Shown: positions 1-10,686 of the stretch, piece after piece
How the letters are laid out: each line of letters opens with the position of its first letter
Numbering within the stretch: the stretch's first letter is position 1
DNA from: Anaeromyxobacteraceae bacterium
Lineage (GTDB): Bacteria > Myxococcota > Myxococcia > Myxococcales > Anaeromyxobacteraceae
Assembly: GCA_047602405.1 (NCBI GenBank)
Contig: JASGHJ010000002.1
Span: forward strand, 928,001-992,000
Direction of reading: 5' to 3'
Length of the DNA: 64,000 nt
The notes under the pieces: model-generated
Databases searched by the model: none
The model's input: only the letters and a program-made list of their open reading frames with translations
What the model was told of the DNA's origin: nothing
Made by a program: the position numbers and the translations under genes

Positions 1-1
1 C

Positions 2-328
2 TCCACGCCGCAGGGCGACGTGGCCGAGTGCCAGGCGATCCTGAAGGTGTTCGGCGAGCACGCGGCGTCGAGGAAGCTCGCCATCTCCTCCACGAAGTCG
101 ATGACCGGCCACCTCCTCGGCGGCGCGGGCGGCCTCGAGGCGGCGGTGAGCGTGCTCGCGCTCTCGCGCGGTGTCCTGCCCCCGACCATCAACGTCGAGG
201 ACCAGGATCCGGAGTGCCCGCTCGACGTCGTCCCGAACGTCGCCCGCGAGCGCAAGGTCGACGCGGTCATGTCGAACTCGTTCGGGTTCGGCGGGACGAA
301 CGCCGTCGTGATGTTCAAGAAGGTGTAG
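2..328 (+). CDS. fabF: beta-ketoacyl-ACP synthase II, C-terminal part (cut by window edge)
   Basis: [15 protein letters not shown] and [11 protein letters not shown] motifs. Confidence 0.93.
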   Translation, partial: STPQGDVAECQAILKVFGEHAASRKLAISSTKSMTGHLLGGAGGLEAAVSVLALSRGVLPPTINVEDQDPECPLDVVPNVARERKVDAVMSNSFGFGGTNAVVMFKKV

Positions 329-339
329 GCGGCCCGGCC

Positions 340-1239
340 TCAGGGCGAGACCGCGAGCTCCCGGAAGAGCTCGGTCTCGCCGCCGTAGGCGTCGATCCCG
401 GCCACCCGGAGGAGCAGGGGGCCCGCGCCCGGCCCGAGCTGCACCGCGGCCGCCCAGCGGCCCCCGGCCGTGAGCTCGAGTGGGACGTCGGCGCCGTCGA
501 GCGTCGCCTCGGCGCGGACGAGGAGGTACTTCGTCTCGATGCCGGCCGAGATGCGCAGCACGCCGGCCTCCACGACGTCGCCCGCGGGCTCGAAGAGCCG
601 CACCGTCACGTTCGGCGTGTTGCGCGGGGAGATCTCGAAGCGCGCCTCGGCCGCCGCGCCGCCGCCGTCCGGGACGGCGCGCACGGCCGCCGGCCCCGGG
701 CGCCACGGCGCGACGTAGCCCCCGGCGCCGTCGATGGTGCCGGCGCTCGCCTCGAGGCGCACGGCGCCGCCGCCGGCGACCCGCGCGTCGAAGCTCCACA
801 CCGCCCGCGTGAAGAGCCCGCCGGGCGCCGGGGAGAGCCAGGCGTCGCCGGGCGGGAGCACCGCGAGGTGGAGCAGGGCCTCGGCGCCCCCGGCGGCGTT
901 GCGCGCCGTGACCCGGTACGCGGCCATCGGCGCGAGCGCGGCGGGCGCGCCGGTCACGGCGCCGGTCGAGGGGTCGAGCGAGAGCCCGGACGGCAGCGGC
1001 GGCTCCACCGACCAGGCCTCGGCCGCGCCGCCCGTGCCCGCGCCCGGCGAGAGCGCGGTGGCCATGCCCAGCGCGAGCACGTGCGGGCCCGCCGGGTAGT
1101 CGAGGCCGGCGGGGGGCGCGAGGCGCGGCTCGAAAGGCGCCGCGGGGACCTCGACCAGGGTCCCCGGCGCGGCCTGCCCACCGTGACAGCCGGCGAGGGC
1201 GAGGAGGGCGAGCGCCGGGAGGGCGGCGAGGCGGAGCAC
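340..1239 (-). CDS. putative lipoprotein with Ig-like domain
   Basis: Hydrophobic N-terminus with lipobox LAGC; LPSGLSLDPSTGAVTGAP resembles the putative-Ig (He_PIG) repeat. Confidence 0.6.
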   Translation of the reverse strand: MLRLAALPALALLALAGCHGGQAAPGTLVEVPAAPFEPRLAPPAGLDYPAGPHVLALGMATALSPGAGTGGAAEAWSVEPPLPSGLSLDPSTGAVTGAPAALAPMAAYRVTARNAAGGAEALLHLAVLPPGDAWLSPAPGGLFTRAVWSFDARVAGGGAVRLEASAGTIDGAGGYVAPWRPGPAAVRAVPDGGGAAAEARFEISPRNTPNVTVRLFEPAGDVVEAGVLRISAGIETKYLLVRAEATLDGADVPLELTAGGRWAAAVQLGPGAGPLLLRVAGIDAYGGETELFRELAVSP

Positions 1240-1348
1240 ACCGACTCCTTAGCCCGCGCGCGCCGCCGGCCGAGAGGGGGCATCCTGTCGCACCGGCCCT
1301 GTCGGACGGCTATGAGATACCCCCGTCCCACCCGAGGAGCGTGAAGCC

Positions 1349-1795
1349 ATGGCCACGATCGTCGCCGCATCCGACCACGCCGGGCTCGTCCTGCGCGCCG
1401 AGGCCGTGAAGGCCGCGCGCGAGGCCGGGCACGAGGTCGTCGACCTCGGGCCGTCCGACGGGCAGAGCGTCGACTACCCGAACTACGCCGAGAAGCTCAC
1501 CGGCGAGCTCGTCGCGGGCCGTGCGAAGCTCGGGATCCTCGTGTGCGGCACCGGCATCGGGATGTCGATCGCGGCCAACAAGGTGAAGGGCATCCGCGCC
1601 GCCGTCTGCCGGACCGAGTACGAGGCGCGGATGGCGCGGGCACACAACGACGCGAACGTGCTCTGCCTGGGCGAGCGGGTCACCGGGCTCGGGGTGGGGG
1701 CGGCCGTCGTGAAGGCGTTCCTCGAGACGCCGTTCGAGGGCGGCCGGCACCAGCGCCGGGTCGATCAGCTGGGCGCGCTCGACCAGAAGCGCTGA
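1349..1795 (+). CDS. rpiB: ribose-5-phosphate isomerase B
   Basis: SDHAG, VDYP, CGTGIG, HNDAN, FEGGRH motifs. Confidence 0.95.
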   Translation: MATIVAASDHAGLVLRAEAVKAAREAGHEVVDLGPSDGQSVDYPNYAEKLTGELVAGRAKLGILVCGTGIGMSIAANKVKGIRAAVCRTEYEARMARAHNDANVLCLGERVTGLGVGAAVVKAFLETPFEGGRHQRRVDQLGALDQKR

Positions 1796-1865
1796 TCATC
1801 ACGGACGTTTTTCGGCGTTCGTGGGCCATTGCGGACCCTGCCGCAGCGCGATAGAACCGCCGGCC

Positions 1866-3119
1866 ATGATGCCCAGAGAGCGCCTCTCCGAGGCCGACCC
1901 CGAGATCGCGAAGCTCGTGCGCGAGGAGACCCGCCGGCAGGCCGAGGGGCTCGAGCTCATCGCCTCCGAGAACTTCGTGTCCCCCGCCGTGCTCGAGGCG
2001 GTCGGCTCGACGCTCACGAACAAGTACGCCGAGGGCTACCCGGGCAAGCGCTACTACGGCGGCTGCGAGGTCGTCGACCAGGTCGAGCAGCTCGCCATCG
2101 ACCGCGCGAAGAAGCTCTTCGGCGCCGACCACGCGAACGTCCAGCCGCACTCGGGCTCGCAGGCGAACATGGCCGCGTACTTCGCGCTCGCCCAGCCCGG
2201 CGACACGATCCTCGCGATGAGCCTCAACTTCGGCGGCCACCTCACCCACGGCTCGCCGGTGAACTTCTCCGGCAAGCTCTACAAGATCGTGCCGTACGGG
2301 CTGCGCCAGGCCGACGAGACGATCGACATGGACGAGGTGGCGCGCCTCGCCCGCGAGCACCGCCCGAAGATCCTCGTCGTCGGCGCGAGCGCGTACCCCC
2401 GCACGCTCCACTTCGAGCGGTTCGCCGAGATCGCCCGCGAGGTCGGCGCGGCGATGGTCGTCGACATGGCGCACATCGCGGGCCTCGTCGCCGCGGGCGT
2501 GCACCCGAGCCCGGTGCCGTACGCCGAGATCGTCACCACCACCACGCACAAGACCCTGCGCGGCCCGCGCGGCGGCATGATCCTCGCCCGCGAGGCGCAC
2601 GCGAAGACCCTCAACTCGCAGATCTTCCCGGGCATCCAGGGCGGACCGCTCGAGCACGTCATCGCCGGCAAGGCGGTCGCGCTCGGCGAGGCGCTCCGGC
2701 CGGCGTTCAAGGACTACGCGCGCCAGGTCGTCGCGAACGCGCAGGAGATGGCGGAGGGCCTGAAGGCGGTCGGCCTGCGCCTCGTCTCCGGCGGCACCGA
2801 CAACCACCTCATGCTCGTCGACCTGCGCCCGAAGAAGCTCACCGGCAAGGTCGCCGAGGAGGCGCTCGGGAAGGCCGGCATCACGGTCAACAAGAACATG
2901 ATCCCGTGGGATCCCGAGAAGCCGATGACCACCTCGGGCATCCGCGTCGGCACCCCCGCGCTCACCACCCGCGGGATGGGCACGAAGGAGATGGCGCTCG
3001 TCGCGAAGCTCATCGGCCGCGCCCTCGACGCGCCGGCGGACGACGCGGCCCTCGCGAAGATCCGGGCCGAGGTGCGGGAGCTCTGCGCGCACTTCCCCAT
3101 GTACGCGGACCGGATGTAG
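1866..3119 (+). CDS. glyA: serine hydroxymethyltransferase
   Basis: [33 protein letters not shown] (PLP lysine). Confidence 0.98.
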   Translation: MMPRERLSEADPEIAKLVREETRRQAEGLELIASENFVSPAVLEAVGSTLTNKYAEGYPGKRYYGGCEVVDQVEQLAIDRAKKLFGADHANVQPHSGSQANMAAYFALAQPGDTILAMSLNFGGHLTHGSPVNFSGKLYKIVPYGLRQADETIDMDEVARLAREHRPKILVVGASAYPRTLHFERFAEIAREVGAAMVVDMAHIAGLVAAGVHPSPVPYAEIVTTTTHKTLRGPRGGMILAREAHAKTLNSQIFPGIQGGPLEHVIAGKAVALGEALRPAFKDYARQVVANAQEMAEGLKAVGLRLVSGGTDNHLMLVDLRPKKLTGKVAEEALGKAGITVNKNMIPWDPEKPMTTSGIRVGTPALTTRGMGTKEMALVAKLIGRALDAPADDAALAKIRAEVRELCAHFPMYADRM

Positions 3120-3580
3120 TGCGCTGCCCCTGGTGCGGAAACCTCGAGGATCGCGTCGTCGACTCACGCGAGGCCGGCGAGGGGACCGCCACGCGCCGGC
3201 GCCGGGAGTGCGCCGGCTGCGGGCGCCGCTTCACGACCTACGAGCGGATCGAGGAGATCCTCCCGCACGTCGTGAAGAAGGACGGCCGGCGGGAGCCCTT
3301 CGACCGCAAGAAGATCCTCGAGGGCGTCGGCCGGGCCTGCCAGAAGCGGCCGGTCTCGGCCGAGCAGATCGAGGCGCTCGTCATGGGGATCGAGCGCGAG
3401 CTGCAGGACCTCGGCGAGCGCGAGATCCGGACGACCGCGATCGGCGAGGCCGTGATGAAGCGGCTGCGCGCGCTGGACGAGGTCGCCTACGTCCGCTTCG
3501 CCTCGGTCTACCGCGCCTTCCGCGACGTCGCCGAGTTCATGAGCGAGCTCGAGCACCTCGTGAAGAAGGGCCCCCGGTGA
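3119..3580 (+). CDS. nrdR: transcriptional repressor NrdR
   Basis: GTG start; RCPWC...[17 protein letters not shown] zinc ribbon, ATP cone, AYVRFASVY. Confidence 0.96.
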   Translation: MRCPWCGNLEDRVVDSREAGEGTATRRRRECAGCGRRFTTYERIEEILPHVVKKDGRREPFDRKKILEGVGRACQKRPVSAEQIEALVMGIERELQDLGEREIRTTAIGEAVMKRLRALDEVAYVRFASVYRAFRDVAEFMSELEHLVKKGPR

Positions 3581-4698
3581 GCCCCCGGCCGTCGCCGTCC
3601 CGGCCGGAGCGGTTCATGGCCGCGGCGCTGCGGGCCGCCCGGCGCGGCCTGGGCCGCACGAGCCCGAACCCGGCGGTGGGGGCGGTGGTCGTGAAGGACG
3701 GTCGCGTCGTCGGGCGCGGCTTCCACGCGCGCGCGGGCGCGGCGCACGCCGAGGTCGTGGCGCTCCGGCAGGCCGGCCCCGCCGCGCGCGGCGCCGACCT
3801 CTACACGACGCTCGAGCCCTGCGATCACACCGGCAAGACCGGCCCGTGCTCGGTCGCCATCCTCGAGGCCGGCGTCCGCCGCGTCTTCACCGGCTCCCAC
3901 GACCCGAACCCGCTCGTGAACGGCAAGGGCGTCGCGCGGCTGCGCGCCGGCGGCGTCGAGGTGATCGAGGACGTGCTGCGGGCGGAGTGCGACGCGCTCG
4001 TCGCCCCCTGGCAGACCTTCATGCGCGAGCGGCGGCCCTTCGTGACCCTCAAGGCCGCGGTCACGCTCGACGGCCGCCTGGCGACCCGCACCGGCGACGC
4101 CCGCTGGGTGACCGGCGAGGCCGCCCGCGAGCGCGTGCACCGGCTGCGCGACGAGGTCGACGCGGTGCTCGTGGGGAGCGGCACCGCCCGGGCCGACGAC
4201 CCGCGGCTCACGACCCGGCTCCCCGGGGGGAAGGGCCGCGACCCGCTCCGCGTCGTGCTCGACACCGAGCTCCGGCTGCCCCCGCGCCTCGCGCTCCTCC
4301 GCGGCGGGTCGAAGGCGCCGACCGTGGTCGCGCACGCGCCGGACGCCCGCGCGCGCCGCCCGGCCGGACCGGGCGTCGAGCGGCTCGCGGTCCGCCGGGG
4401 CAAGGGCGGCCTCTCGCTGCCGGACCTCCTCGCGAAGCTCGCGGCCCGGGGCGTCGTGCACCTCCTCGTGGAGGGCGGCGCGGCCGTGCACGCGCGGTTC
4501 CTCGAGGCGGGGCTCGTCGACCGGGTGATGGTCTTCGTCGCGCCGAAGCTCGCCGGGGCCGACGGCGTGCCGCTCGCGGCCCTGCGCGGCCCCGCGCGGA
4601 TGGCGGAGGCGATCTCGCTCCGCGACGTCTCGGTGGAGCGGCTCGGCGACGACGTGCTCGTCGCCGGCGCGCTGGTGAAGAAGGCCCGGCGCGGCTAG
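3577..4698 (+). CDS. ribD: bifunctional pyrimidine deaminase/reductase (riboflavin synthesis)
   Basis: [18 protein letters not shown] deaminase motifs; LLVEGG reductase motif. Confidence 0.96.
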   Translation: MSPRPSPSRPERFMAAALRAARRGLGRTSPNPAVGAVVVKDGRVVGRGFHARAGAAHAEVVALRQAGPAARGADLYTTLEPCDHTGKTGPCSVAILEAGVRRVFTGSHDPNPLVNGKGVARLRAGGVEVIEDVLRAECDALVAPWQTFMRERRPFVTLKAAVTLDGRLATRTGDARWVTGEAARERVHRLRDEVDAVLVGSGTARADDPRLTTRLPGGKGRDPLRVVLDTELRLPPRLALLRGGSKAPTVVAHAPDARARRPAGPGVERLAVRRGKGGLSLPDLLAKLAARGVVHLLVEGGAAVHARFLEAGLVDRVMVFVAPKLAGADGVPLAALRGPARMAEAISLRDVSVERLGDDVLVAGALVKKARRG

Positions 4699-4709
4699 GA
4701 TCCCGCGCC

Positions 4710-5354
4710 ATGTTCACCGGACTCGTCAGCGACATCGGCGTCGTCGAGCGGATCGTGCCGCGGCAGGGCGGCGCCCGCCTGGCCGTCCGGCCGTCGAAGC
4801 TCGCCGTCGACGCCCTCGTCCACGGCGAGAGCGTGGCCTGCTCCGGCGCGTGCCTGACGGTGATCGAGCGGGGGGGCGGGCTCGTCTCCTTCGACGCGAT
4901 CCCGGAGACGCTCTCCCGCACGACGCTCGGCGGCTGGCGCTCCGGCACCCGCATCAACCTCGAGCGCGCGCTCGCGCTGGGGGAGCGCCTCGGCGGGCAC
5001 CTCGTGCAGGGGCACGTCGACGCGGTGGGCGAGGTGCTCGCGAAGGTGGTGGAGGGGCAGGGCGCCCGCCTGACGGTGTCGCTGCCGGCGTCCATCGCGC
5101 CGCTCGTCGCCGAGAAGGGCTCCATCGCGATCGACGGCGTGTCGCTCACGGTCGCGGCGGTGACGCGGGACCGGATGGAGATCGGGCTCATCCCGGAGAC
5201 GCTCGCGGCCACGACGCTCGGCGACGCGGCCCCGGGCACGAAGGTGAACCTCGAGGCGGACGTCCTCGCCCGGCACGTGGCGCGCCTCCGGGAGTTCGCG
5301 CCGCTCCGGGAGCAGGATCTCGCCGGCTGGGGCTACGGCCCCCGCGGCACGTAG
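4710..5354 (+). CDS. ribE: riboflavin synthase (alpha chain)
   Basis: MFTG N-terminus, GGHLVQGHVD, KGSIAIDGVSLTV. Confidence 0.96.
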   Translation: MFTGLVSDIGVVERIVPRQGGARLAVRPSKLAVDALVHGESVACSGACLTVIERGGGLVSFDAIPETLSRTTLGGWRSGTRINLERALALGERLGGHLVQGHVDAVGEVLAKVVEGQGARLTVSLPASIAPLVAEKGSIAIDGVSLTVAAVTRDRMEIGLIPETLAATTLGDAAPGTKVNLEADVLARHVARLREFAPLREQDLAGWGYGPRGT

Positions 5355-5392
5355 CGTCACGGTCAGCGCGCGCCTGCGACGCAGCGCCGCGC

Positions 5393-5444
5393 TGTCGAAT
5401 CCGCCGACAACCCTGTCGAGCCCCGGCTGTCCAGCGGCTCGACA
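5393..5444 (+). promoter_or_regulatory. two palindromic candidate activator (enhancer) sites
   Basis: TGTCG-N7-CGACA at 5393-5409 and TGTCC-N7-CGACA at 5428-5444, upstream of a sigma54-like promoter. Confidence 0.55.
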
Positions 5445-5483
5445 CCCTCCCCGCAACCTCCCGGTCCCACGGGCGCTCCGCGC

Positions 5484-5499
5484 TGGCGCGGCGGCTGCA
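5484..5499 (+). promoter_or_regulatory. sigma54 (-24/-12) promoter
   Basis: TGGCGCGGCGGCTGCA has GG-N10-GC spacing, about 80 bp before the flavoprotein start; a sigma54 activator is encoded in the same module. Confidence 0.65.
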
Positions 5500-5577
5500 C
5501 AGGCGTCGCGCGCCGGCGTACTCGCGCCGGCCAGACACGTCACGGTTTCACTCCAGGTCTTCGACGAGGTTCACACC

Positions 5578-7110
5578 ATGAGCGACAGCAGCTTCTCGCG
5601 CCGCAACTTCCTCAGCCGGGCCGCCGTGGCGGCCGCGGGCGCCGGCGTGCTCACCGCCTGCGGCAGCGACTCCGACGACAAGGCGGCCGACTTCTGGCTC
5701 CCCGCCCGCTGGGACGCGGAGGCCGACGTGGTCATCGTCGGCTTCGGCGCCGCCGGCGCCTCGGCGGCCTACCACGCCGCGAAGGCGGGCGCGTCCGTCC
5801 GCGTGCTCGACACGAGCGAGGCAGGCGGCGGCGACACCGCGGCCTCGGGCGGCTTCGTGTTCTTCGGCGGCGGCACCGCCCTGCAGGCGCAGGCGGGTGT
5901 CGCCGAGACGGCCGACCAGATGCTCGCGACCGTCCGCGCGATGGGCGGCGACCAGGCCGACCCGGAGCTCCAGAAGGTCTGGTGCCAGCGGAACAAGGAG
6001 GCCTACGACTTCCTCGATCAGGCCTGCGGCACCAGCTGGGGCCCGGCCGACATGATGTTCACCGGGAACGAGGCGCACGGCATGTACGCGAGCGTCGCCC
6101 CGAACGGCGTCCCGGTGAAGCACGGCCTGCTCGACCCGGAGGGCGGCGCCGGCCTGTTCTCCAAGATCTCGACCGCGGTCCTCGCGACGCCGGGCGTGAC
6201 CTTCACCGGCCTCATGAAGGCGGTGCGGCTCGTCCAGGACCCGAGGACCCGCCGCGTCCTCGGCGTGGTGGCGAAGCCCGTCACCGACACCGGTGCGTTC
6301 GTCGAGGGGGCCGCGGAGCAGTTCTTCAAGGCGCGGAAGGGCGTCGTCGTCGCGACGGGCGCCTTCAGCCGCGACACCGCGATGATGGCGCGTCACTCGA
6401 CCGACCTCGCGCGCCTCACCCACCTCGCCAACAAGTACGCCGACGGCTCGGGCATCCGGATGGGCCAGGCGGTCGGCGGCGACGTGCGCAACATGAAGAC
6501 GTTCTGGGCCTACTGCCTGAAGGCCGGGACGCCGGCGTTCTCGAAGTCGGTGCTGATCGACGAGGCGGGCTCCCGGTTCGCCCCGGAGGACGCGAGCCCG
6601 TACACGATCGGCTACCACCAGGTGCGGCAGCACCCCGTCGCCTTCGCCATCGCCGACGCCTCCGTGTACGCCGTGAAGCCCTCCGGCGGCTACGAGGGCG
6701 CGACGATAGAGGCGCTCGTCGCGGCGATCAACGCGGGCGAGGGGACCTCGCTGTCGGCGCCGGTCGTGAAGGCCACGATCGACGGCTACAACGCCATGGT
6801 GGCGGGTGGGTCCGATCCGGTCTTCAAGAAGGCCGCCGCCTACCTGGTCCCCATCTCCACCGGGCCGTTCTACGCGGTGAAGGTCAGCGCCTCGGACGCC
6901 ATCGGCACCACGACGGGCGGCCTCCGCATCGACACGGCCTCTCGCCTCCTCGACCCCGCCGGCGCGGCGATCCCGTCGCTCTACGCGGCCGGGACCTGCA
7001 CGAGCGCCGCGCCGTCCGAGCGCTACACCGGCTCGGGGACCGCCATCTCGAGCTGCCTCACCTTCGGCAAGATCGCGGCCGAGGGCGTGGTGGCCGAGAC
7101 CGCCTGGTAG
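5578..7110 (+). CDS. Tat-exported FAD-dependent oxidoreductase lipoprotein (FAD_binding_2 / flavocytochrome flavin subunit-like)
   Basis: SRRNFL twin-arginine motif, lipobox LTAC, VVIVGFGAAG FAD motif, GVVVATG, TTGGLRID, SLYAAG. Confidence 0.85.
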   Translation: MSDSSFSRRNFLSRAAVAAAGAGVLTACGSDSDDKAADFWLPARWDAEADVVIVGFGAAGASAAYHAAKAGASVRVLDTSEAGGGDTAASGGFVFFGGGTALQAQAGVAETADQMLATVRAMGGDQADPELQKVWCQRNKEAYDFLDQACGTSWGPADMMFTGNEAHGMYASVAPNGVPVKHGLLDPEGGAGLFSKISTAVLATPGVTFTGLMKAVRLVQDPRTRRVLGVVAKPVTDTGAFVEGAAEQFFKARKGVVVATGAFSRDTAMMARHSTDLARLTHLANKYADGSGIRMGQAVGGDVRNMKTFWAYCLKAGTPAFSKSVLIDEAGSRFAPEDASPYTIGYHQVRQHPVAFAIADASVYAVKPSGGYEGATIEALVAAINAGEGTSLSAPVVKATIDGYNAMVAGGSDPVFKKAAAYLVPISTGPFYAVKVSASDAIGTTTGGLRIDTASRLLDPAGAAIPSLYAAGTCTSAAPSERYTGSGTAISSCLTFGKIAAEGVVAETAW

Positions 7111-7127
7111 CCGCTTCACCTTCCGCA

Positions 7128-7162
7128 GGCCGGACCGCCCCGCGCCGCGGGGTGGTCCGGCC
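7128..7162 (+). other. strong intergenic hairpin (mRNA stabiliser or attenuator)
   Basis: GGCCGGACCGCCCCGC-GCC-GCGGGGTGGTCCGGCC; no clear U tract. Confidence 0.45.
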
Positions 7163-7200
7163 CCTTCAAGCGGGCCCGAGACGGCCCGCGAGGAGCAGAC

Positions 7201-7884
7201 ATGTCCCTTTCCCGTTCCATCCTTCTTCCCCTCTCCGCGGCCCTCGCCGTCGCCGCCTGCTCGAGCGAGCCGGCGAAGTCCGGCGACCAGGATTGCCGCG
7301 GCTGCCACGGCGCGAGCGCGAGCGGCGCGCCGTCCGACGCGGCGCACACGCTCCACCTCGCCGGCGGCGCGTTCGCGCGGCCGGTGGCCTGCGCCGAGTG
7401 CCACACGCTCCCGCCGGGCGGCCAGCACCAGGACGGCACCGTCCAGGTGACCTTCGGCGCGTTCGCCTCGAAGGGCGGCCGCGCTCCCCAGTTCAGCGGG
7501 AACAGCTGCTCCGGCGTCTACTGCCACGGCTCCTCCGTGGTGGTCTGGACGCGCGTCGACGGCAGCCAGACCACCTGCGCCGGCTGCCACGGCGACCCTC
7601 CGTCGACCGGGGGCCACCCCCAGGTCGCGGCGGCCTACTGCGTGGGCTGCCACGCGGCGACGGTCACCTCCGCGGGCGCGCTCGTGGCGGGCGGGACGCA
7701 CCACCTCGACGGCTCCGTGGACGCGACCGCGTTCTCGCACCCCGGGAGCTGGCTCGCGGGCCACCAGCCCGCCGCGCTCTCCGACGCCGGGGCGGCGTGC
7801 AAGCCCTGCCACGGCGCCGACTTGAAGGGCGGGACCTCCGGCAAGTCCTGCTGGAGCTGCCACCCCACCGGCCCGCCGGTGTAG
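7201..7884 (+). CDS. multiheme c-type cytochrome lipoprotein
   Basis: Lipobox VAAC; six CxxCH (CRGCH, CAECH, CAGCH, CVGCH, CKPCH, CWSCH) plus one CxxxxCH (CSGVYCH). Confidence 0.9.
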   Translation: MSLSRSILLPLSAALAVAACSSEPAKSGDQDCRGCHGASASGAPSDAAHTLHLAGGAFARPVACAECHTLPPGGQHQDGTVQVTFGAFASKGGRAPQFSGNSCSGVYCHGSSVVVWTRVDGSQTTCAGCHGDPPSTGGHPQVAAAYCVGCHAATVTSAGALVAGGTHHLDGSVDATAFSHPGSWLAGHQPAALSDAGAACKPCHGADLKGGTSGKSCWSCHPTGPPV

Positions 7885-8012
7885 CGGTCTTCCCTGGGTC
7901 CGGCTGGCCTCGCCTCGCGGCGGGCCACGCCGGACCCGGGCGCCTCCGGCGCGGTGGGCCTGCGCGCCGGGTTCCCTTTACGGAGCCGGGCCTCCCGGCG
8001 ATATTGCGCGCG

Positions 8013-9347
8013 ATGAATGCGTCCGCCACAGCCCACGCGGAGTTCCGTCCCGCCTTCGAGCCCAGGGGCCGGGAGGAGGCGTTCGCGGACGCGTGGCGTC
8101 GGACCCGGCGCTGGGTCTACGTGGCGTGCGACGCGGCGCACCTCCTCCTCGGCGTCCTGCTGTGGGCCGACGGCTACCCCACCTGGCGCGTCGCCACCTA
8201 CGGGCTGGCGCTCGCCGTGAGCGTGGCGCTCCACGTCTGGGTGGAGCTCCCCGCCGCCCGGGCCCGGGAGGCGTCGGGCGACGGCTCGCGGCGCGCCGGC
8301 GCGGAGCGGCTCTGGCTCGCGGCGATGCTGCTCGAGATCGCGGTGACCGGCGGGGTGCGCAGCCCGCTTTTCCCGTCCAACGTCGCCGCCATCCCGCTCA
8401 ACGTGCAGCAGTTCGGCTGGCGCCGCGGGGCGGGGGCGAGCTCGCTCGCGATCCTGGGGTGCGCGGTGGCCTTCCTGGTCGCGCCGGCCGCCTGGACCGG
8501 GCCCACCGTGCCGGGCGCGACCTACTGGCTCGTCCTCGCGAGCGCCGTGCTCGCCACCGGCGGGACCTCGCTGCACTACCGCGCGCTGCTCGCCCGCGTG
8601 GCCGACGAGAGCGTGCGGGACGCGCTCCGCGCCCGGGAGACCGCCGCCGACCAGGCGATCGCCCGCGCCCGGGAGCTCGAGCAGCTCGGCGCGAAGATCT
8701 CGCACGAGCTCAAGAACCCGCTCAGCGCGGTGAAGACCCTCGTGCAGGTGAGCGCGCGCGGGACGACCGACTCCGCGATGCGGGAGCGGCTGGAGGTGGT
8801 GGAGCGGGAGGTGAAGCGCATGGAGCACACCCTGCGCCACTACCTGACGTTCTCCTCGCCGGCCGACCGGCTGGACCGCGCGCCGCTCGCCCTCTCCGCC
8901 GTGGTCGACGACGTGCTCTCCCTGCTCTCGGGCCGGGCCCGCGAGGCCGGGATCGCGCTCGAGCGCCGGGGCGACGTGGAGGTCGAGGCGGACGCGCGGC
9001 GGCTCTCCGACGCCGTGCTCAACCTCGTCGCGAACGCGGTCGAGGCGTCAGCGCCCGGCGGCCGGGTCACCGTCGAGCTCTCCGCGGAGGGCGACGCCGC
9101 GCGGATCGCGGTCCGCGACACCGGGCGCGGCATGGCGCGGGACGTGCTCGAGCGCATCGGCACCCCCTTCTTCACGACCCGCTCGGAGGGCACCGGCCTC
9201 GGCGTGGCGCTGGCCCGGGCGGCGTTCGTCCAGCACGGCGGCGCGCTCACGTACCAGAGCGCGCCCGGGGAGGGGACGCTGGCCGCGGCGACGTTCCCGG
9301 CGCGGACAGGGAGGACCGGCGATGGCGCGCGTGCTCGTGGTGGATGA
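8013..9347 (+). CDS. membrane sensor histidine kinase
   Basis: Several hydrophobic segments; H box SHELKNPL, N box NLVANA, DTGRG, GTGLG. Confidence 0.92.
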   Translation: MNASATAHAEFRPAFEPRGREEAFADAWRRTRRWVYVACDAAHLLLGVLLWADGYPTWRVATYGLALAVSVALHVWVELPAARAREASGDGSRRAGAERLWLAAMLLEIAVTGGVRSPLFPSNVAAIPLNVQQFGWRRGAGASSLAILGCAVAFLVAPAAWTGPTVPGATYWLVLASAVLATGGTSLHYRALLARVADESVRDALRARETAADQAIARARELEQLGAKISHELKNPLSAVKTLVQVSARGTTDSAMRERLEVVEREVKRMEHTLRHYLTFSSPADRLDRAPLALSAVVDDVLSLLSGRAREAGIALERRGDVEVEADARRLSDAVLNLVANAVEASAPGGRVTVELSAEGDAARIAVRDTGRGMARDVLERIGTPFFTTRSEGTGLGVALARAAFVQHGGALTYQSAPGEGTLAAATFPARTGRTGDGARARGG

Positions 9348-10686
9348 CGAGCCGGGGCTGGCGTACGCCATGGAGACGCTGCTCGGCTCGCTCGGCCACG
9401 AGCCCGTCGTGGCGAGCTCGGGCGAGCGCGCCCTCGAGCTCGCGGACCGCGCGGACCTCGTGATCACCGACTTCGCCATGCCCGGCATGGACGGGCTGTC
9501 GCTGCTGGAGGCGCTGCGGCGCCGGGACGCCGCGTTGCCGGTGGTGCTCGTGACCGCGCACGGCTCCGAGCAGACCGCCGTGCGCGCCATGAAGGGCGGC
9601 GCCTACGACTACGTGACGAAGCCCTTCGAGCTCGAGGACATGGCGGCGGTGGTCGAGCGCGCCCTCGAGGCCCGGACGCTCCGGCTCGAGAACCGGCTGC
9701 TCTCCGCCGAGCGCTCCATCGGCCGCGCGATCGTGGGCGAGTCGACGGCGATGCGGCGCCTGCTCGACGCGGCCGTCCGGGTCGCGCCCCGCGACCTCAC
9801 GGTGCTCGTCCGGGGCGAGACCGGCACGGGCAAGGAGCTCGTGACGGAGCTCGTGCACGCCCAGAGCCGGCGGGCGCGCGGCCCCCTCGTCCGCTTCAAC
9901 TGCGCGGCGCTCCCGGGCGAGCTCGCCGAGGCCGAGCTGTTCGGCCACGTGCGGGGAGCCTTCACCGGCGCGGTCCAGGCGCGCCCCGGGTACTTCGCGC
10001 AGGCCGACGGCGGGACCCTGGTGCTCGACGAGGTGGGCGAGCTGCCGCCGCCGGTGCAGGCGAAGCTCCTGCGGGCCCTGCAGTCCGGGGAGATCCAGAC
10101 GGTGGGCGCGAGCCGGGTGGACCGGGTGGACGTCCGCGTCATCGCCTGCACGAACCGCGACCTCGCCGCGGAGGTCGCCGCCGGCCGGTTCCGGGCGGAC
10201 CTCTACTACCGGCTCGCGGTGGTCGAGCTGTACGTCCCGCCGCTCCGGGAGCGGCGCGAGGACATCCCGGCCCTCGCGCTCGAGTTCGCGCGCCGGTACC
10301 GCCAGCAGTTCGCGGCGGACGACGTCCGGCTCGGGCCGGAGCTGCTCCAGGCGCTCCGGCACGCCGAGTGGCCGGGCAACGTGCGGCAGCTCGAGAACGT
10401 GGTCGCGCGGCTCATCGCGCTCGCGCCGCCGGGCGAGGTGGGGGTGGACGCCATCACCACCGACATCGTGCCGTCGCGGGGGGAGCCGGAGGCGGAGCCC
10501 GAGGACGTGGACCTCCTCCCGGGCGGCGGGCTGTCGCTCCGGACCCACCTCGAGGCCGTGGAGCGCGGCCTCGTGGTACGTACGCTCGCGGCCACGGGCG
10601 GGAACCAGTCCGAGGCCGCGCGGCGGCTGGGGGTGAGCCGCACCACCCTCATCGACCGGATGAAGAAGTACGGCGTGACGACATGA
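9322..10686 (+). CDS. sigma54-dependent response regulator (NtrC family)
   Basis: Receiver (VVDDE), GETGTGKE, GAFTGA, WPGNVRQL, Fis-type HTH. Confidence 0.95.
   Translation: MARVLVVDDEPGLAYAMETLLGSLGHEPVVASSGERALELADRADLVITDFAMPGMDGLSLLEALRRRDAALPVVLVTAHGSEQTAVRAMKGGAYDYVTKPFELEDMAAVVERALEARTLRLENRLLSAERSIGRAIVGESTAMRRLLDAAVRVAPRDLTVLVRGETGTGKELVTELVHAQSRRARGPLVRFNCAALPGELAEAELFGHVRGAFTGAVQARPGYFAQADGGTLVLDEVGELPPPVQAKLLRALQSGEIQTVGASRVDRVDVRVIACTNRDLAAEVAAGRFRADLYYRLAVVELYVPPLRERREDIPALALEFARRYRQQFAADDVRLGPELLQALRHAEWPGNVRQLENVVARLIALAPPGEVGVDAITTDIVPSRGEPEAEPEDVDLLPGGGLSLRTHLEAVERGLVVRTLAATGGNQSEAARRLGVSRTTLIDRMKKYGVTT

Noticed and set aside
5355..5480. FMN riboswitch within the rib operon
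   Set aside because: None of the conserved RFN motifs are visible; palindromes fit activator sites better
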